NCBI GenBank assembly: GCA_964638465.1
Contig: CAZXAO010000001.1
Coordinates: forward strand, 1 to 35,320
DNA length: 35,320 nt
Direction of reading: 5' to 3'
Source: an uncultured bacterium
GTDB lineage: Bacteria; Hydrothermota; Hydrothermia; WGAB01
Shown piece by piece: positions 26,917-34,989 of this stretch (positions are counted from its first letter, which is position 1; each line of letters starts with the position of its first letter). A model generated the notes under the pieces. The model was given only the letters and a program-made list of their open reading frames with translations, was not told the origin of the DNA and did not search any database. A program made the position numbers and the translations under genes.

Positions 26917-26937
26917 ACGATGAAGGATCGTAAGCCG

Positions 26938-27411
26938 ATGACATCCCCCCTAAGGAAAAAGGGCAAAAAGGGACCCCGGCGCCCATCGGCCCGCGGGGAG
27001 GTCCTGCGGGTGCAGCAACGGGGTGTGGCCAAGTTCCTGGGGGAGCTGGAGGCACGCGTGATGGAAGTGGTGTGGCAACATCCGCGCACCACCGTCCAGG
27101 AAGTGCACCAGCGTCTCCAGGAAGAGGGGCTGGACCTGGCGTACACCACGGTGCTCACCGAAATGCAGAACCTGGAAAAGAAGGGGCTCCTGCGGAGCCA
27201 CCGCCAGGGACGACGCAAGGTGTACGAACCCACCCTGAGCCGCGAGGCCTTCCTGGAATCCCGGATCTCCCAGACCCTGCAGAGCCTGGTGCAGGACTTT
27301 CCCGAACAGGTGCTCACCCACCTGCTGCCTGAGGGCGACCGGGATCCGGAGGTGGAGGCTCTGCTGGAACGCCTCCGGGCCCGGTTCCAGAAGAAGGCTT
27401 CCCCTTCATGA
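26938..27411 (+). CDS. BlaI/MecI/CopY-family winged-helix transcriptional repressor
   Basis: LGELEARVMEVVWQHPRTTVQEVHQRLQEEGLDLAYTTVLTEMQNLEKKGLLRSHRQGRRKVYEPTLSREAF is the Penicillinase_R fold pattern. I prefer the ATG at 26938 (aagga 10 nt upstream, downstream of the predicted promoter). The track ORF begins at 26896. Confidence 0.8.
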   Translation: MTSPLRKKGKKGPRRPSARGEVLRVQQRGVAKFLGELEARVMEVVWQHPRTTVQEVHQRLQEEGLDLAYTTVLTEMQNLEKKGLLRSHRQGRRKVYEPTLSREAFLESRISQTLQSLVQDFPEQVLTHLLPEGDRDPEVEALLERLRARFQKKASPS

Positions 27412-28457
27412 CCTGGCTGGACGGCCTCGTGCTCCTGGCCCTGCCCCTGCCCCTCCTGGCGGGCATGGCCTCCTGGGTGCAACGGCACCGGGAAGAGGGC
27501 CAGAAGGCCGCACTGCTCTGGACCCTGGGTCTGGGAACCCTGGCCCTGGGTCTACCCTGGCTGGCCTTTTTCCTGGGCCTTCGCCACGACCTGACCGGTA
27601 CCCCCACCTTCTGGGAACGATGCGTGCAGTTTCAGCACGCCTGCATCCGCTGGGCCCATCACACGCTCCAGCAAAGCGGCCATCTCCAGACCCTTCTCCT
27701 GGCAGCAGCGGGCCTCTGGGCCCTGGCCGGCGGCCTCCGCATCGCCCGGGCCTACCTTCGGGCCCGTCGCCTGCTCCGGCGGGCACACCCCTTTCCCCTG
27801 GAGTCCTTCCCCAAACTCCAGCGGGCCCTGCAGCGGGTACAGGAGAAAACCGGCCTGGCTTCTCTTCCCCCGGTGTACGAGCGGGTCACTCCCCAGGCCG
27901 ATGCCGCCCTCTTCGGGCTCTGGAACCCCGTGCTGCTGCTCTCCCGGCGCCTGGTCGTAACCCTCTCGGAGGAGGAACTGGAGGCCGTGCTGCTCCACGA
28001 ACTTGGCCATCGCCGGTTCCACGACGGCCTCTGGAACCTCCTGGCCCTGTTCTTCCACTACTGGTGGGCCCCTGTTCCGCTGATGCGCCCCCTGTACCGG
28101 GCCTTCGTGGAGGCCATGGAACGCCAGGCTGACCGCTGGACCCTTCAACACCTGCCCTCTCCCCTGCCCCTGGCCGAGGCCCTGGTGAAGGTGGCCTCCA
28201 GTGGCCCTCCTCGGGACCCCGACCTCCAGGTGCAGGGCCTGGCCGAGGCCTCCACGCCCCTGGCCCGACGGCTCCAGCACCTGCTGGAACCGCCACGCCG
28301 CTTTCCCTGGGGCCGGTTTGCGTTCCTCTGGGCCCTCCTGCTCGCTCTGCTCTTCACAGCAGGGTACGGCTGGAGCAACGCCCATCCCCGCTGGAGCGCT
28401 CCGGGAATGGCCTGTGGCCCCCGGACTGCCCTCCACACCTTCCATCCCCACGGATAG
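27408..28457 (+). CDS. BlaR1-like M56-family membrane metalloprotease without an extracellular sensor domain
   Basis: The ATG overlaps the repressor stop (ATGA). Several hydrophobic segments. Zinc motif HELGH at nt 27996-28010 in the context EEELEAVLLHELGHRRFHD. Only 349 aa, with no penicillin-binding or TonB-like C-terminal domain visible. Confidence 0.75.
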   Translation: MTWLDGLVLLALPLPLLAGMASWVQRHREEGQKAALLWTLGLGTLALGLPWLAFFLGLRHDLTGTPTFWERCVQFQHACIRWAHHTLQQSGHLQTLLLAAAGLWALAGGLRIARAYLRARRLLRRAHPFPLESFPKLQRALQRVQEKTGLASLPPVYERVTPQADAALFGLWNPVLLLSRRLVVTLSEEELEAVLLHELGHRRFHDGLWNLLALFFHYWWAPVPLMRPLYRAFVEAMERQADRWTLQHLPSPLPLAEALVKVASSGPPRDPDLQVQGLAEASTPLARRLQHLLEPPRRFPWGRFAFLWALLLALLFTAGYGWSNAHPRWSAPGMACGPRTALHTFHPHG

Positions 28458-28479
28458 GGCCGATCCCACCCTCAGACCG

Positions 28480-28508
28480 TTGCCGAACCCCGGGCCAGCC
28501 CGTAGAAT
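28480..28508 (+). promoter_or_regulatory. possible promoter for tRNA-Lys
   Basis: TTGCCG (28480-28485), a 17-nt spacer, then TAGAAT (28503-28508), ending 13 nt before the tRNA 5' end. The -35 element is weak. Confidence 0.35.
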
Positions 28509-28521
28509 AAAAGGCCCATGT

Positions 28522-28594
28522 GCGCCGCTAGCTCAACTGGTAGAGCAGCGGATTCTTAATCCGCAGGTTCCGGGTTCGAGTCCTGGGCGGCGCA
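28522..28594 (+). tRNA. tRNA-Lys (anticodon CTT); CCA not encoded
   Basis: Acceptor stem gcgccgc/gcggcgc. D arm gctc-aactggta-gagc. Anticodon stem gcgga/tccgc with loop ttCTTaa. T arm ccggg-ttcgagt-cctgg. Discriminator A. Followed by cttttcttttt. Confidence 0.93.
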
Positions 28595-28605
28595 CTTTTC
28601 TTTTT

Positions 28606-28941
28606 ATGCGAAAAATCAACTTCCGTGAGAAGGGTCGGGAGCTTCAAAAGGCCTTTTTCCCCGTTCACCTGGCAGAGATCAACGGCACCGCGCTCCGCAT
28701 CGCCAGGATCCACGGCGAGTATCGCTGGCATGTGCACCCCAACGAGGACGAGTTCTTCATCGTGATTGAGGGTGAGATCACGGTGGAAACCAAACTGGAC
28801 ACCGTGGTCCTGAAGGAGTGGGAGGGGCTGCTGGTGCCCAAGGGCCTGCCCCATCGCACCCGGGCCGAGAAGCCCTCGGTGGTGCTCATCATTGAGCCGG
28901 TGCAAACCAATACCTACGGCGTGTTCGTGGAGGACCGATAG
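28606..28941 (+). CDS. small cupin-domain protein
   Basis: 111 aa. GEYRWHVHPNEDEFFIVIEGEITVE...LLVPKGLPHR matches the two-motif cupin pattern. The ATG lies 11 nt after the tRNA 3' end with no visible SD. It forms the C-terminal part of track ORF 28201..28941, whose upstream portion runs through the tRNA. Confidence 0.7.
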   Translation: MRKINFREKGRELQKAFFPVHLAEINGTALRIARIHGEYRWHVHPNEDEFFIVIEGEITVETKLDTVVLKEWEGLLVPKGLPHRTRAEKPSVVLIIEPVQTNTYGVFVEDR

Positions 28942-31548
28942 GTGATCCCCGGGCTCCTCGCACTCTCCCTGATGATCCAGGCGGGCAGTGGCCCCGTGTG
29001 GCTCACCCTCCGTTCTGCCCCCCACCGCGACCTGCAGGCCTCCCTGGAACTCCTCGGCGCCCGCGGCCGTGCCGACTCCCGCTGGCTTCGCCTGCAGTCC
29101 TTCTGGGTCCCCGCCTCCCTCAGGGAACATCACCTTCCGGATCTCCAGTGGAAACCCGTGGCCCGGGGACGGCTGCTGAACCCACCAGGACTGGCCGACG
29201 ACGGCCTGACCTACGGCCTCTCGGCCCGCCAGATCCAGGAGATCCGGCTGGATCGGGTGCACGACCAGGGTTTCCTGGGTGCCGGTGTGGTCATCGGCGT
29301 GCTGGACACCGGCTTTGACTCCACGCATCCGGCCCTCCGATGGCTTTTTGAGAACGGCCGGATCGTGGCCCGCCACGATTTCAATTCCGGCGATCACCTC
29401 TACTGGGGAACCCTCCGCTTGCCCCAACCCTATGAGCCCCAGGTGCGCATCTACATCAACGGCTTTGCCGTGGCCCCGGGCGCCGTGGTATGGAGCGTCG
29501 CCCCCCGGGATTCCCTGACCGGCCTGAACACCGGCCGCTGGCGGCTCTGGCTCAGCCGGGTTGACACGGCCGGGGGGATCCCCCAATTTGCCCCCCCGGT
29601 GCGGATTGACCCCGGCCCCTGGGCCCTGCAACCCGCCGTCGCCCAGGGAACCGATGGCACCCTGTTCATCGCCTTCCAGAAAGAGAACCCCAACCCTGAG
29701 ATCGCCTTCGGCATCTACGGCCAGGACGGATGGCTCCTTTCTCCCCTCCTGCTCTCCCAGGATCCCACTCCCTCGCTTTCCCCCGGCATCACCCTGCATG
29801 GCGACACCTTAGTCCGGGTGTACTGGCTGGACCCCGAGGTGGGCATTCTGCGACGCACCTCGTACGATGGCGGCCACACCTTCGGACCGACCGACACCCT
29901 GTTCCGCTGGTCCACCCCTGTGGCCTTCCCGGACCCTCTCCGGGTCTTCGCCACGCCCCACGGCGCCCTGCTGGCCTTTACCGACGCCTCGGGAAGGGTA
30001 TGGATCCTGGAGGATGGGGACTCCCTGCGGGCCTGGTCCGTGGGGATGGGCCACGAACCCGATGTGGTGCGGGATTCGATCACCGGCGAGGTGCTGGTGA
30101 CCTTTCTCCAGGATACCCTGCTCCAGGTCGGCGTGATGATCGGCGACGCTCCTGTCCTGAACGCCGTTCCCCTGAAGCCCTTCGCCCGGATGCCCCGGCT
30201 TTACCGGCCCCGGGGAGGCCCCTGGCGGGTGGCCGTGGCCTCCGGTGGCTACCTCCTGAGCTTTCTGGCCCTGAACCCCACCCTGCCGGCCGATACCCTG
30301 AGCGATTACGGCGCCGACCGGGCCGAGGCTGCCTTCGGGGCCCTGCTGTACCGCCAGCGTGGAGACCGGGATGTGCAACCCGAGGGGATGGTGCCCCACT
30401 TCAACGGGGGTCCCAACTACCACGGCACCAAGGTGCTCTCCGTGCTGGCCGGCTACGACCCGGGCAATGACATGGTGGGCGCCGCCCTGGCCGCCTCCTT
30501 CGTGCTGGTCAATACCGAGATCGCTGCCATCGGCGGCCAGTTCCTGGAGAACCGGCTGGAGGAGGACTTCTGGGTGGAGGGCCTGGAGTTCGCCGTGGCC
30601 CACGGCGCCCGCATCGTCAACAGCTCCCTGGGATACCGGGACTGGTACACCGATGAAGACCTGAACGGCGAAACCCCGGTGAGTTCCCGGGCCGCTTCCC
30701 AAGCCCTGGACCACAATGTCCTGGTGGTCACCGCCGTGGGGAACCAGACCCCGGGCCAGGGAGTCTTCCCCGACCCGGTGCTGGGCGACACCTCCCTGGT
30801 GGCCCCGGCCGATGCCCGCGGGGTGATCTCCGTGGGTGCCTACGAGCGCGACTCGGTCACCGGCCAGCTGCTACCCCTCTCGCTCTTCGGTCCCACGGCC
30901 GACGGCCGAATCAAGCCCGAGGTGGTGGCCCCGTACTATGTGCGCTGCGGCGGCCTGTCCACGCCCCAGGGCGACACCCTGCCCTACTACTACTTCACCT
31001 GCGGAGGAACCTCCTTCGGCACGGCCCTGGTTTCCGGCGCCCTGGCCTGCATCTGGGAGGCCCACCCCTCCTGGTCGGCCACCCAACTCCGGCGGATCGT
31101 GCTGGAGACTGCCCGTCCCATCATGGACATTCCCGGCTTTCCCCAGGCCCCGGATTCCAACAACATCACCGGCTACGGCCTGCTGGACGCCTATGCGGCC
31201 TTTGCCCACGAGCCCCCGGAGCGACCCACCGCCCCGGGGGATGCGCTGCTGCCACCCTATCCCAACCCCGTAAACTTCGGTGCGGGCGAGGTGCTGTACC
31301 TTCCCTATGTGCTGGTCCACAACACCTTCCGCCAGGTGCTGGTGTACAGCCTGAGCGGCAAAAAGGTGTTTGATTCCGGCATCGCCGATCAGGCCGTGGG
31401 TCGGTACCACAGCGGTGCCGGTGGCTTCCCCGAGGTGGTCTGGGACGGCCGTGACCCGTCGGGCCGCCCCGTGCCCCCGGGCGTGTACCTGGTGGTCCTG
31501 CGAACGGGCTTCGGCACTTCCACCCGCAAAGTGGCGGTCGTCCGATAG
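28942..31548 (+). CDS. S8 (subtilisin-family) serine peptidase with a large inter-catalytic insert and a T9SS/FlgD-Ig-like C-terminal domain
   Basis: Catalytic residues are D122 (GVVIGVLDTGFD, nt 29305), H494 (NYHGTKVLSVLAG, nt 30421), N601 (AVGNQ) and S691 (CGGTSFGTALVSGALA, nt 31012). The C-terminus PYPNPVNFGAGEVLYLPY...VWDGRDPSGRPVPPGVYLVVLRTGFGTSTRKVAVVR resembles a T9SS type-A/FlgD-like sorting domain. The GTG start lies directly after the cupin stop, so the start is uncertain. Confidence 0.85.
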   Translation: MIPGLLALSLMIQAGSGPVWLTLRSAPHRDLQASLELLGARGRADSRWLRLQSFWVPASLREHHLPDLQWKPVARGRLLNPPGLADDGLTYGLSARQIQEIRLDRVHDQGFLGAGVVIGVLDTGFDSTHPALRWLFENGRIVARHDFNSGDHLYWGTLRLPQPYEPQVRIYINGFAVAPGAVVWSVAPRDSLTGLNTGRWRLWLSRVDTAGGIPQFAPPVRIDPGPWALQPAVAQGTDGTLFIAFQKENPNPEIAFGIYGQDGWLLSPLLLSQDPTPSLSPGITLHGDTLVRVYWLDPEVGILRRTSYDGGHTFGPTDTLFRWSTPVAFPDPLRVFATPHGALLAFTDASGRVWILEDGDSLRAWSVGMGHEPDVVRDSITGEVLVTFLQDTLLQVGVMIGDAPVLNAVPLKPFARMPRLYRPRGGPWRVAVASGGYLLSFLALNPTLPADTLSDYGADRAEAAFGALLYRQRGDRDVQPEGMVPHFNGGPNYHGTKVLSVLAGYDPGNDMVGAALAASFVLVNTEIAAIGGQFLENRLEEDFWVEGLEFAVAHGARIVNSSLGYRDWYTDEDLNGETPVSSRAASQALDHNVLVVTAVGNQTPGQGVFPDPVLGDTSLVAPADARGVISVGAYERDSVTGQLLPLSLFGPTADGRIKPEVVAPYYVRCGGLSTPQGDTLPYYYFTCGGTSFGTALVSGALACIWEAHPSWSATQLRRIVLETARPIMDIPGFPQAPDSNNITGYGLLDAYAAFAHEPPERPTAPGDALLPPYPNPVNFGAGEVLYLPYVLVHNTFRQVLVYSLSGKKVFDSGIADQAVGRYHSGAGGFPEVVWDGRDPSGRPVPPGVYLVVLRTGFGTSTRKVAVVR

Positions 31549-31552
31549 GCCC

Positions 31553-32740
31553 ATGCCCCGTGCTTCCCTCCGGGACGCCCTGCAGGCCTTTCTCCAGTGG
31601 GAGGCCGCCGGCGGCATGGCCCTGATGGCCGCCACCCTGCTGGCCCTGCTGCTGGCCAACGCTCCGTTGCGGCCCCTCTATGAATCCCTCCTGAACCTTC
31701 CGGTGGTGCTCCAGTTCGGTCCCCTGAAACTGGCCAAACCGCTGTTCCTCTGGATCAACGACGGTCTGATGGCCGTGTTCTTTTTCCTGGTGGGCCTGGA
31801 ACTCAAACGCGAGGTGCTGGAGGGCCACCTGGCCGCCTGGCAACGGGTGGTGCTGCCCGGGATTGCGGCCCTCGGGGGGATGTTGGTACCTGCCATGATC
31901 TACGGCCTGCTGAACCAACACGATCCCGGAGCCCTGCGGGGCTGGGCCATCCCCACGGCCACGGACATCGCCTTCGCCCTGGGCGTGCTTTCGCTGCTGG
32001 GCAAACGCATTCCCCCACCCCTCAAGGTCTTCCTGCTCAGCGTGGCGGTCTTTGACGACCTGGGGGCCATCCTGGTGATCGCTCTCTTTTACACCGCCCA
32101 CCTTTCCCTGGTCTCCCTGGGGGTAGCCGCAGGCCTGCTCCTGGGCCTCCTGGTCCTGAACCGTACGGGCGTCCGCCGTCTGGCTCCCTACCTGCTGCTC
32201 GGCGTGCCCCTGTGGGTGGCGGTACTGAAGTCCGGGGTCCACGCCACCCTGGCCGGGGTGCTCCTGGCCCTCTTCATTCCCCGGGGCGGACACCCCTCCC
32301 TGTTGCACCATCTGGAGCACCGCCTGCACCCCTGGGTGGCCTTTGGCGTGTTGCCGCTGTTTGCCCTGGCCAACGCCGGCGTGCCCCTGGTGGGTCTGGA
32401 TCCTCGCCAGATGTTCCATCCCGTGCCCCTGGCCATCGTTCTGGGCCTGTTCCTCGGGAAGCAACTGGGGGTCTTTGGCTTCGCCCTGGCGGCCACACGC
32501 CTGGGCCTGGCGTCCCTGCCCGCCGGCCTCACCTGGCGGCACCTGTACGGGGCTGCCCTGCTCTGCGGCATCGGGTTCACCATGAGCCTGTTCATCGCCT
32601 CCCTGGCCTTTGAACAGGGAGCCACCAGCTACTACGGTCTGGATCGGCTGGGCATCCTGACGGGCTCGCTCCTCTCCGGCTTCGCCGGCCTCCTCTGGCT
32701 CCGGGCCACGACACGGCCAAAGGAAACCCCGTATCCTTGA
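31553..32740 (+). CDS. nhaA: Na+/H+ antiporter NhaA
   Basis: I take the ATG at 31553, 4 nt after the protease stop; the track start at 31370 lies inside the protease gene. Motifs: WINDGLMAVFFFLVGLELKRE, AIPTATDIAFALGVL (the DD-equivalent region) and GIGFTMSLFIASLAF. Confidence 0.92.
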   Translation: MPRASLRDALQAFLQWEAAGGMALMAATLLALLLANAPLRPLYESLLNLPVVLQFGPLKLAKPLFLWINDGLMAVFFFLVGLELKREVLEGHLAAWQRVVLPGIAALGGMLVPAMIYGLLNQHDPGALRGWAIPTATDIAFALGVLSLLGKRIPPPLKVFLLSVAVFDDLGAILVIALFYTAHLSLVSLGVAAGLLLGLLVLNRTGVRRLAPYLLLGVPLWVAVLKSGVHATLAGVLLALFIPRGGHPSLLHHLEHRLHPWVAFGVLPLFALANAGVPLVGLDPRQMFHPVPLAIVLGLFLGKQLGVFGFALAATRLGLASLPAGLTWRHLYGAALLCGIGFTMSLFIASLAFEQGATSYYGLDRLGILTGSLLSGFAGLLWLRATTRPKETPYP

Positions 32741-32754
32741 ACCTTCCGGGAACG

Positions 32755-33954
32755 ATGGGCAAGCGGCTCACCCTCTGGATCGGCGTCGGCGTCCTCGGGG
32801 GGTTCCTGTACGGGGCCCTGCTGCCCCGGTGGATCGCTCCCCTGGACTTCTTCGGCGATTTGTTTCTGGCCCTGCTCAACATGATCGTGGTGCCTCTGGT
32901 GGCGGTCTCCGTGTTCCTGGGGGTGGCCTCCCTGGAGAGCCTGGGCCGACTCCGGGACCTGGGCCTCAAGACCTTCCTCTACTACCTGGCCACCACCTCC
33001 CTGGCGGTCTTCACGGGTCTCGTGCTGGTCCACCTGATCCGGCCTGGCGTGGGGGTGGCCCTCTCGGCCTCGGGAACGGCCTCCCTTCCCACGGCCCAGG
33101 GATGGACCCCGCGGGACTTCGTGTTGCGCCTCGTGCCCACCAATCCCCTGGCAAGTCTGGCCCGGGGCGAGATCCTGCCCATCATCGTCTTTTCTCTGCT
33201 GTTGGGGGCCGCCGTCATCCCGGTGCGGGATCGGGAGCCCGTGGTCCGCTTTTTCCAGGGCCTGAACGACGCCATCCTCACCCTCACCGGCTGGATCATG
33301 CTGCTGGCTCCGGTGGGCGTGGCGGGCCTCGTGGCCGCCGTGGTGGCCGAAAAGGGTCTGGCCGTTCTGCTCCCCATCTTCCGGTACGCCCTCACGGTAA
33401 TCCTCGGCCTTCTGATCCATGCGAGCGTGACCCTGCCCCTGGTGCTGGCCCTGCTGGGCCGCCGGTCCGCCCTGGGGCTCTTTCACCAAGTGAAGGGCGC
33501 CCTGGCCGTGGCCTTCTCCACGGCCTCCAGCTCGGCCACCCTGCCGGTGACCCTGGAGCTCGTAGAAAAGGAGGCCGGCGTCCGCCCTGAGGTGGCCGGC
33601 TTCGTGTTGCCCCTGGGCGCCACCATCAACATGGACGGCACCGCCCTGTATGAGGCCGTCGCCGCCCTGTTCATCGCCCAGGCCTACGGCATCTCCCTGT
33701 CGCTGCCCGCCCAGGCCGTGGTCTTCCTGACCGCCACCCTGGCCGCCATCGGAGCCGCCGGGATCCCCAGCGCCGGTCTGGTGACCATGACCCTGGTGCT
33801 TAAGGCCGTGGGCCTGCCCCTGGAGGGCATCGGCCTGATCCTGGCCGTGGACCGGTTCCTGGATATGCTCCGCACCACCGTCAATGTCTGGGGCGACTGC
33901 ATCGGGGCCGCCCTGGTGGACCGATGGGTCAACCCCCTCAGGGGATCGTCCTGA
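32755..33954 (+). CDS. dicarboxylate/amino acid:cation symporter (DAACS/GltP-like)
   Basis: FSTASSSATLPVT (HP1), GATINMDGTALYEAVAALFIAQA, AAGIPSAGLVTM (HP2), DRFLDMLRTTVNVWGD. I use the ATG at 32755 (MGKRLTLWIGVGVLGG). An alternative TTG at 32737 overlaps the nhaA stop. Confidence 0.88.
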   Translation: MGKRLTLWIGVGVLGGFLYGALLPRWIAPLDFFGDLFLALLNMIVVPLVAVSVFLGVASLESLGRLRDLGLKTFLYYLATTSLAVFTGLVLVHLIRPGVGVALSASGTASLPTAQGWTPRDFVLRLVPTNPLASLARGEILPIIVFSLLLGAAVIPVRDREPVVRFFQGLNDAILTLTGWIMLLAPVGVAGLVAAVVAEKGLAVLLPIFRYALTVILGLLIHASVTLPLVLALLGRRSALGLFHQVKGALAVAFSTASSSATLPVTLELVEKEAGVRPEVAGFVLPLGATINMDGTALYEAVAALFIAQAYGISLSLPAQAVVFLTATLAAIGAAGIPSAGLVTMTLVLKAVGLPLEGIGLILAVDRFLDMLRTTVNVWGDCIGAALVDRWVNPLRGSS

Positions 33955-34553
33955 CCACCGGCCGAAAGTTGCCCAGGAGGACCGAAAAACCCGGGAATCC
34001 TCCCTTCCTGAGCACTCGGGCAGCAGACCCCGGGGTCGGCGGACGATCCATTGCCCTCTGGAGGGCCGGAAAGCGCGGGAACCACCGGCCAAGGGAAGGC
34101 GCCACTTGCGAGGGGCTCTGGAAACCCTGGGATTCACGCGGTCCCTCTCCGGTTCCGCGCTTCTGGTCCTCCAGAAGGAATCCAGGGGCTGAACGGTCCC
34201 CCGGGGCCCCCGGCCTCCCTGGTCCCTTCCAGGGCTTTTCCTGAGATCGCAAAGCAGGCCCGGGAAAGCAGGAACTGGCCGTAACCCTCCCTCTGGTCGG
34301 TGAGCGCGAGCATCATCTACGGATAGCAGAAACAGGCGGCCACCCTCCCCGGTGGACCTGTCTCCGCCCTGGGCGGGAAATTCGGGTGGGGGTGCCCCTT
34401 GATACCTCAAGGAGAACGAACTGTCCTCCCGCCTCCGCCCTGGACGGAAGATCTGGGTGGGGAGGGGGAAGTCCAGTACGGGTTCCTCCGGAGACCGGTT
34501 CGGACGGGGGAAGGGGTTCTGATTTGGAGGAGAGGCTGCGTCCTCAGCCCCGG

Positions 34554-34573
34554 CGGTGGTTTCCCTTTCCGGC
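34554..34573 (+). repeat. direct repeat unit a1 (cggtggtttccctttccggc)
   Basis: Read directly. It matches 34628-34648 (cggtggcttccctttcccggg) with one substitution and one extra c. The start-to-start offset is 74 nt. Confidence 0.7.
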
Positions 34574-34627
34574 TGTCCTCGGGTTTCTGTTCCTGGCCGA
34601 TATCCCAAGCGGTGTCCTCATCCTGGA

Positions 34628-34648
34628 CGGTGGCTTCCCTTTCCCGGG
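34628..34648 (+). repeat. direct repeat unit a2
   Basis: Partner of 34554-34573. A weaker third copy, cggtggctggccttcacccgg, lies at 35156-35176. Confidence 0.7.
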
Positions 34649-34684
34649 TCCCGGTGCGTTCCCGGGTGAGGAATGCCGGGGGGA

Positions 34685-34719
34685 GGAAAGCAGTGCCGGG
34701 GCACCGCACTCCAAAAGGG
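34685..34719 (+). repeat. hairpin repeat unit, copy 1 (forward)
   Basis: ggaaaGCAGTGCcgggGCACCGCactccaaaaggg. The stem is 7 bp with one A.C mismatch. The flanks AAA and ACTCCAAAAGG are shared with the other copies. Confidence 0.8.
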
Positions 34720-34745
34720 CCGGGGCAACCCGGTCCAGACAATAT

Positions 34746-34777
34746 GGAGTGCGGCGACCTGTCGCCGCTTTGGTTTT
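34746..34777 (-). repeat. hairpin repeat unit, copy 2 (inverted orientation)
   Basis: The plus strand reads ggagtGCGGCGACctGTCGCCGCtttggtttt. Its reverse complement is ccaaaGCGGCGAC..GTCGCCGCactcc. The flanks are the same as in the forward copies, and the stem differs by a compensatory pair (T-A to C-G). Confidence 0.8.
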
Positions 34778-34778
34778 A

Positions 34779-34813
34779 GGAAAGCGGTGCTGGAGCACCG
34801 CACTCCAAAAGGG
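34779..34813 (+). repeat. hairpin repeat unit, copy 3 (forward)
   Basis: ggaaaGCGGTGCtggaGCACCGCactccaaaaggg. Perfect 7-bp stem with a 4-nt loop. It abuts inverted copy 2, so 34746-34806 is itself a larger palindrome. Confidence 0.85.
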
Positions 34814-34947
34814 GGATCGCCGGGCAATTCCCTGGAATTCCTATTCCCGACCCTGGGGGGAACATCGTTCGGCATAACGACCCTCTCCCCCATTTCTCCT
34901 CCGGGGCCCCCGGGGATTTTCAGGGAAAATCCCGTGGGGTGGGTCCT

Positions 34948-34970
34948 GTAGGAGCGCCTTCAGGCGCGAC
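34948..34970 (+). repeat. GTAG-prefixed GC hairpin (REP-like unit)
   Basis: gtaggaGCGCCttcaGGCGCgac. A second cccgtaggag occurrence follows at about 35029-35038, and both are preceded by gaaaatcccgt. Confidence 0.55.
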
Positions 34971-34989
34971 CCCCCTTCTCCTGGAGAAA

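Noticed and set aside
25586-26923. 445-aa plus-strand ORF (and 25455..26252)
   Set aside because: Both are antisense to the DASS transporter, which has clear SNTAT hairpin motifs. Their own translations are Gly/Glu/His/Gln low-complexity.
28458-31548. Genomic island integrated at tRNA-Lys
   Set aside because: There is no integrase, no direct repeat of the tRNA 3' end downstream that I could find, and no clear compositional break beyond the short AT-rich patch at the tRNA-cupin junction.
34060-34290. Riboswitch look-alike strings (gccacttg / gggaaggc as a B12-box-like pair; ctgaga as in TPP riboswitches)
   Set aside because: The elements are in the wrong order and spacing for the cobalamin consensus, and the remaining conserved TPP segments (ACCTGATCTGGATAATGCCAGCG-like) are missing.
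32632-34608. 658-aa minus-strand ORF reaching into the non-coding tail
   Set aside because: Most of it is antisense to the DAACS symporter. The remainder is Arg/Pro/Gly-rich with no motifs, and no plausible start context is present.
34681-34720. gaggaaag...ccgggg resembling the RNase P RNA P4 region, and caggcccgggaaagcagg (about 34255-34275) resembling the SRP RNA domain IV
   Set aside because: The gaggaaag context is part of the multi-copy hairpin repeat. The other universally conserved RNase P segments are absent. The SRP-like string cannot form the GGAA tetraloop helix, because there is no G-G after the loop to pair with the C-C.
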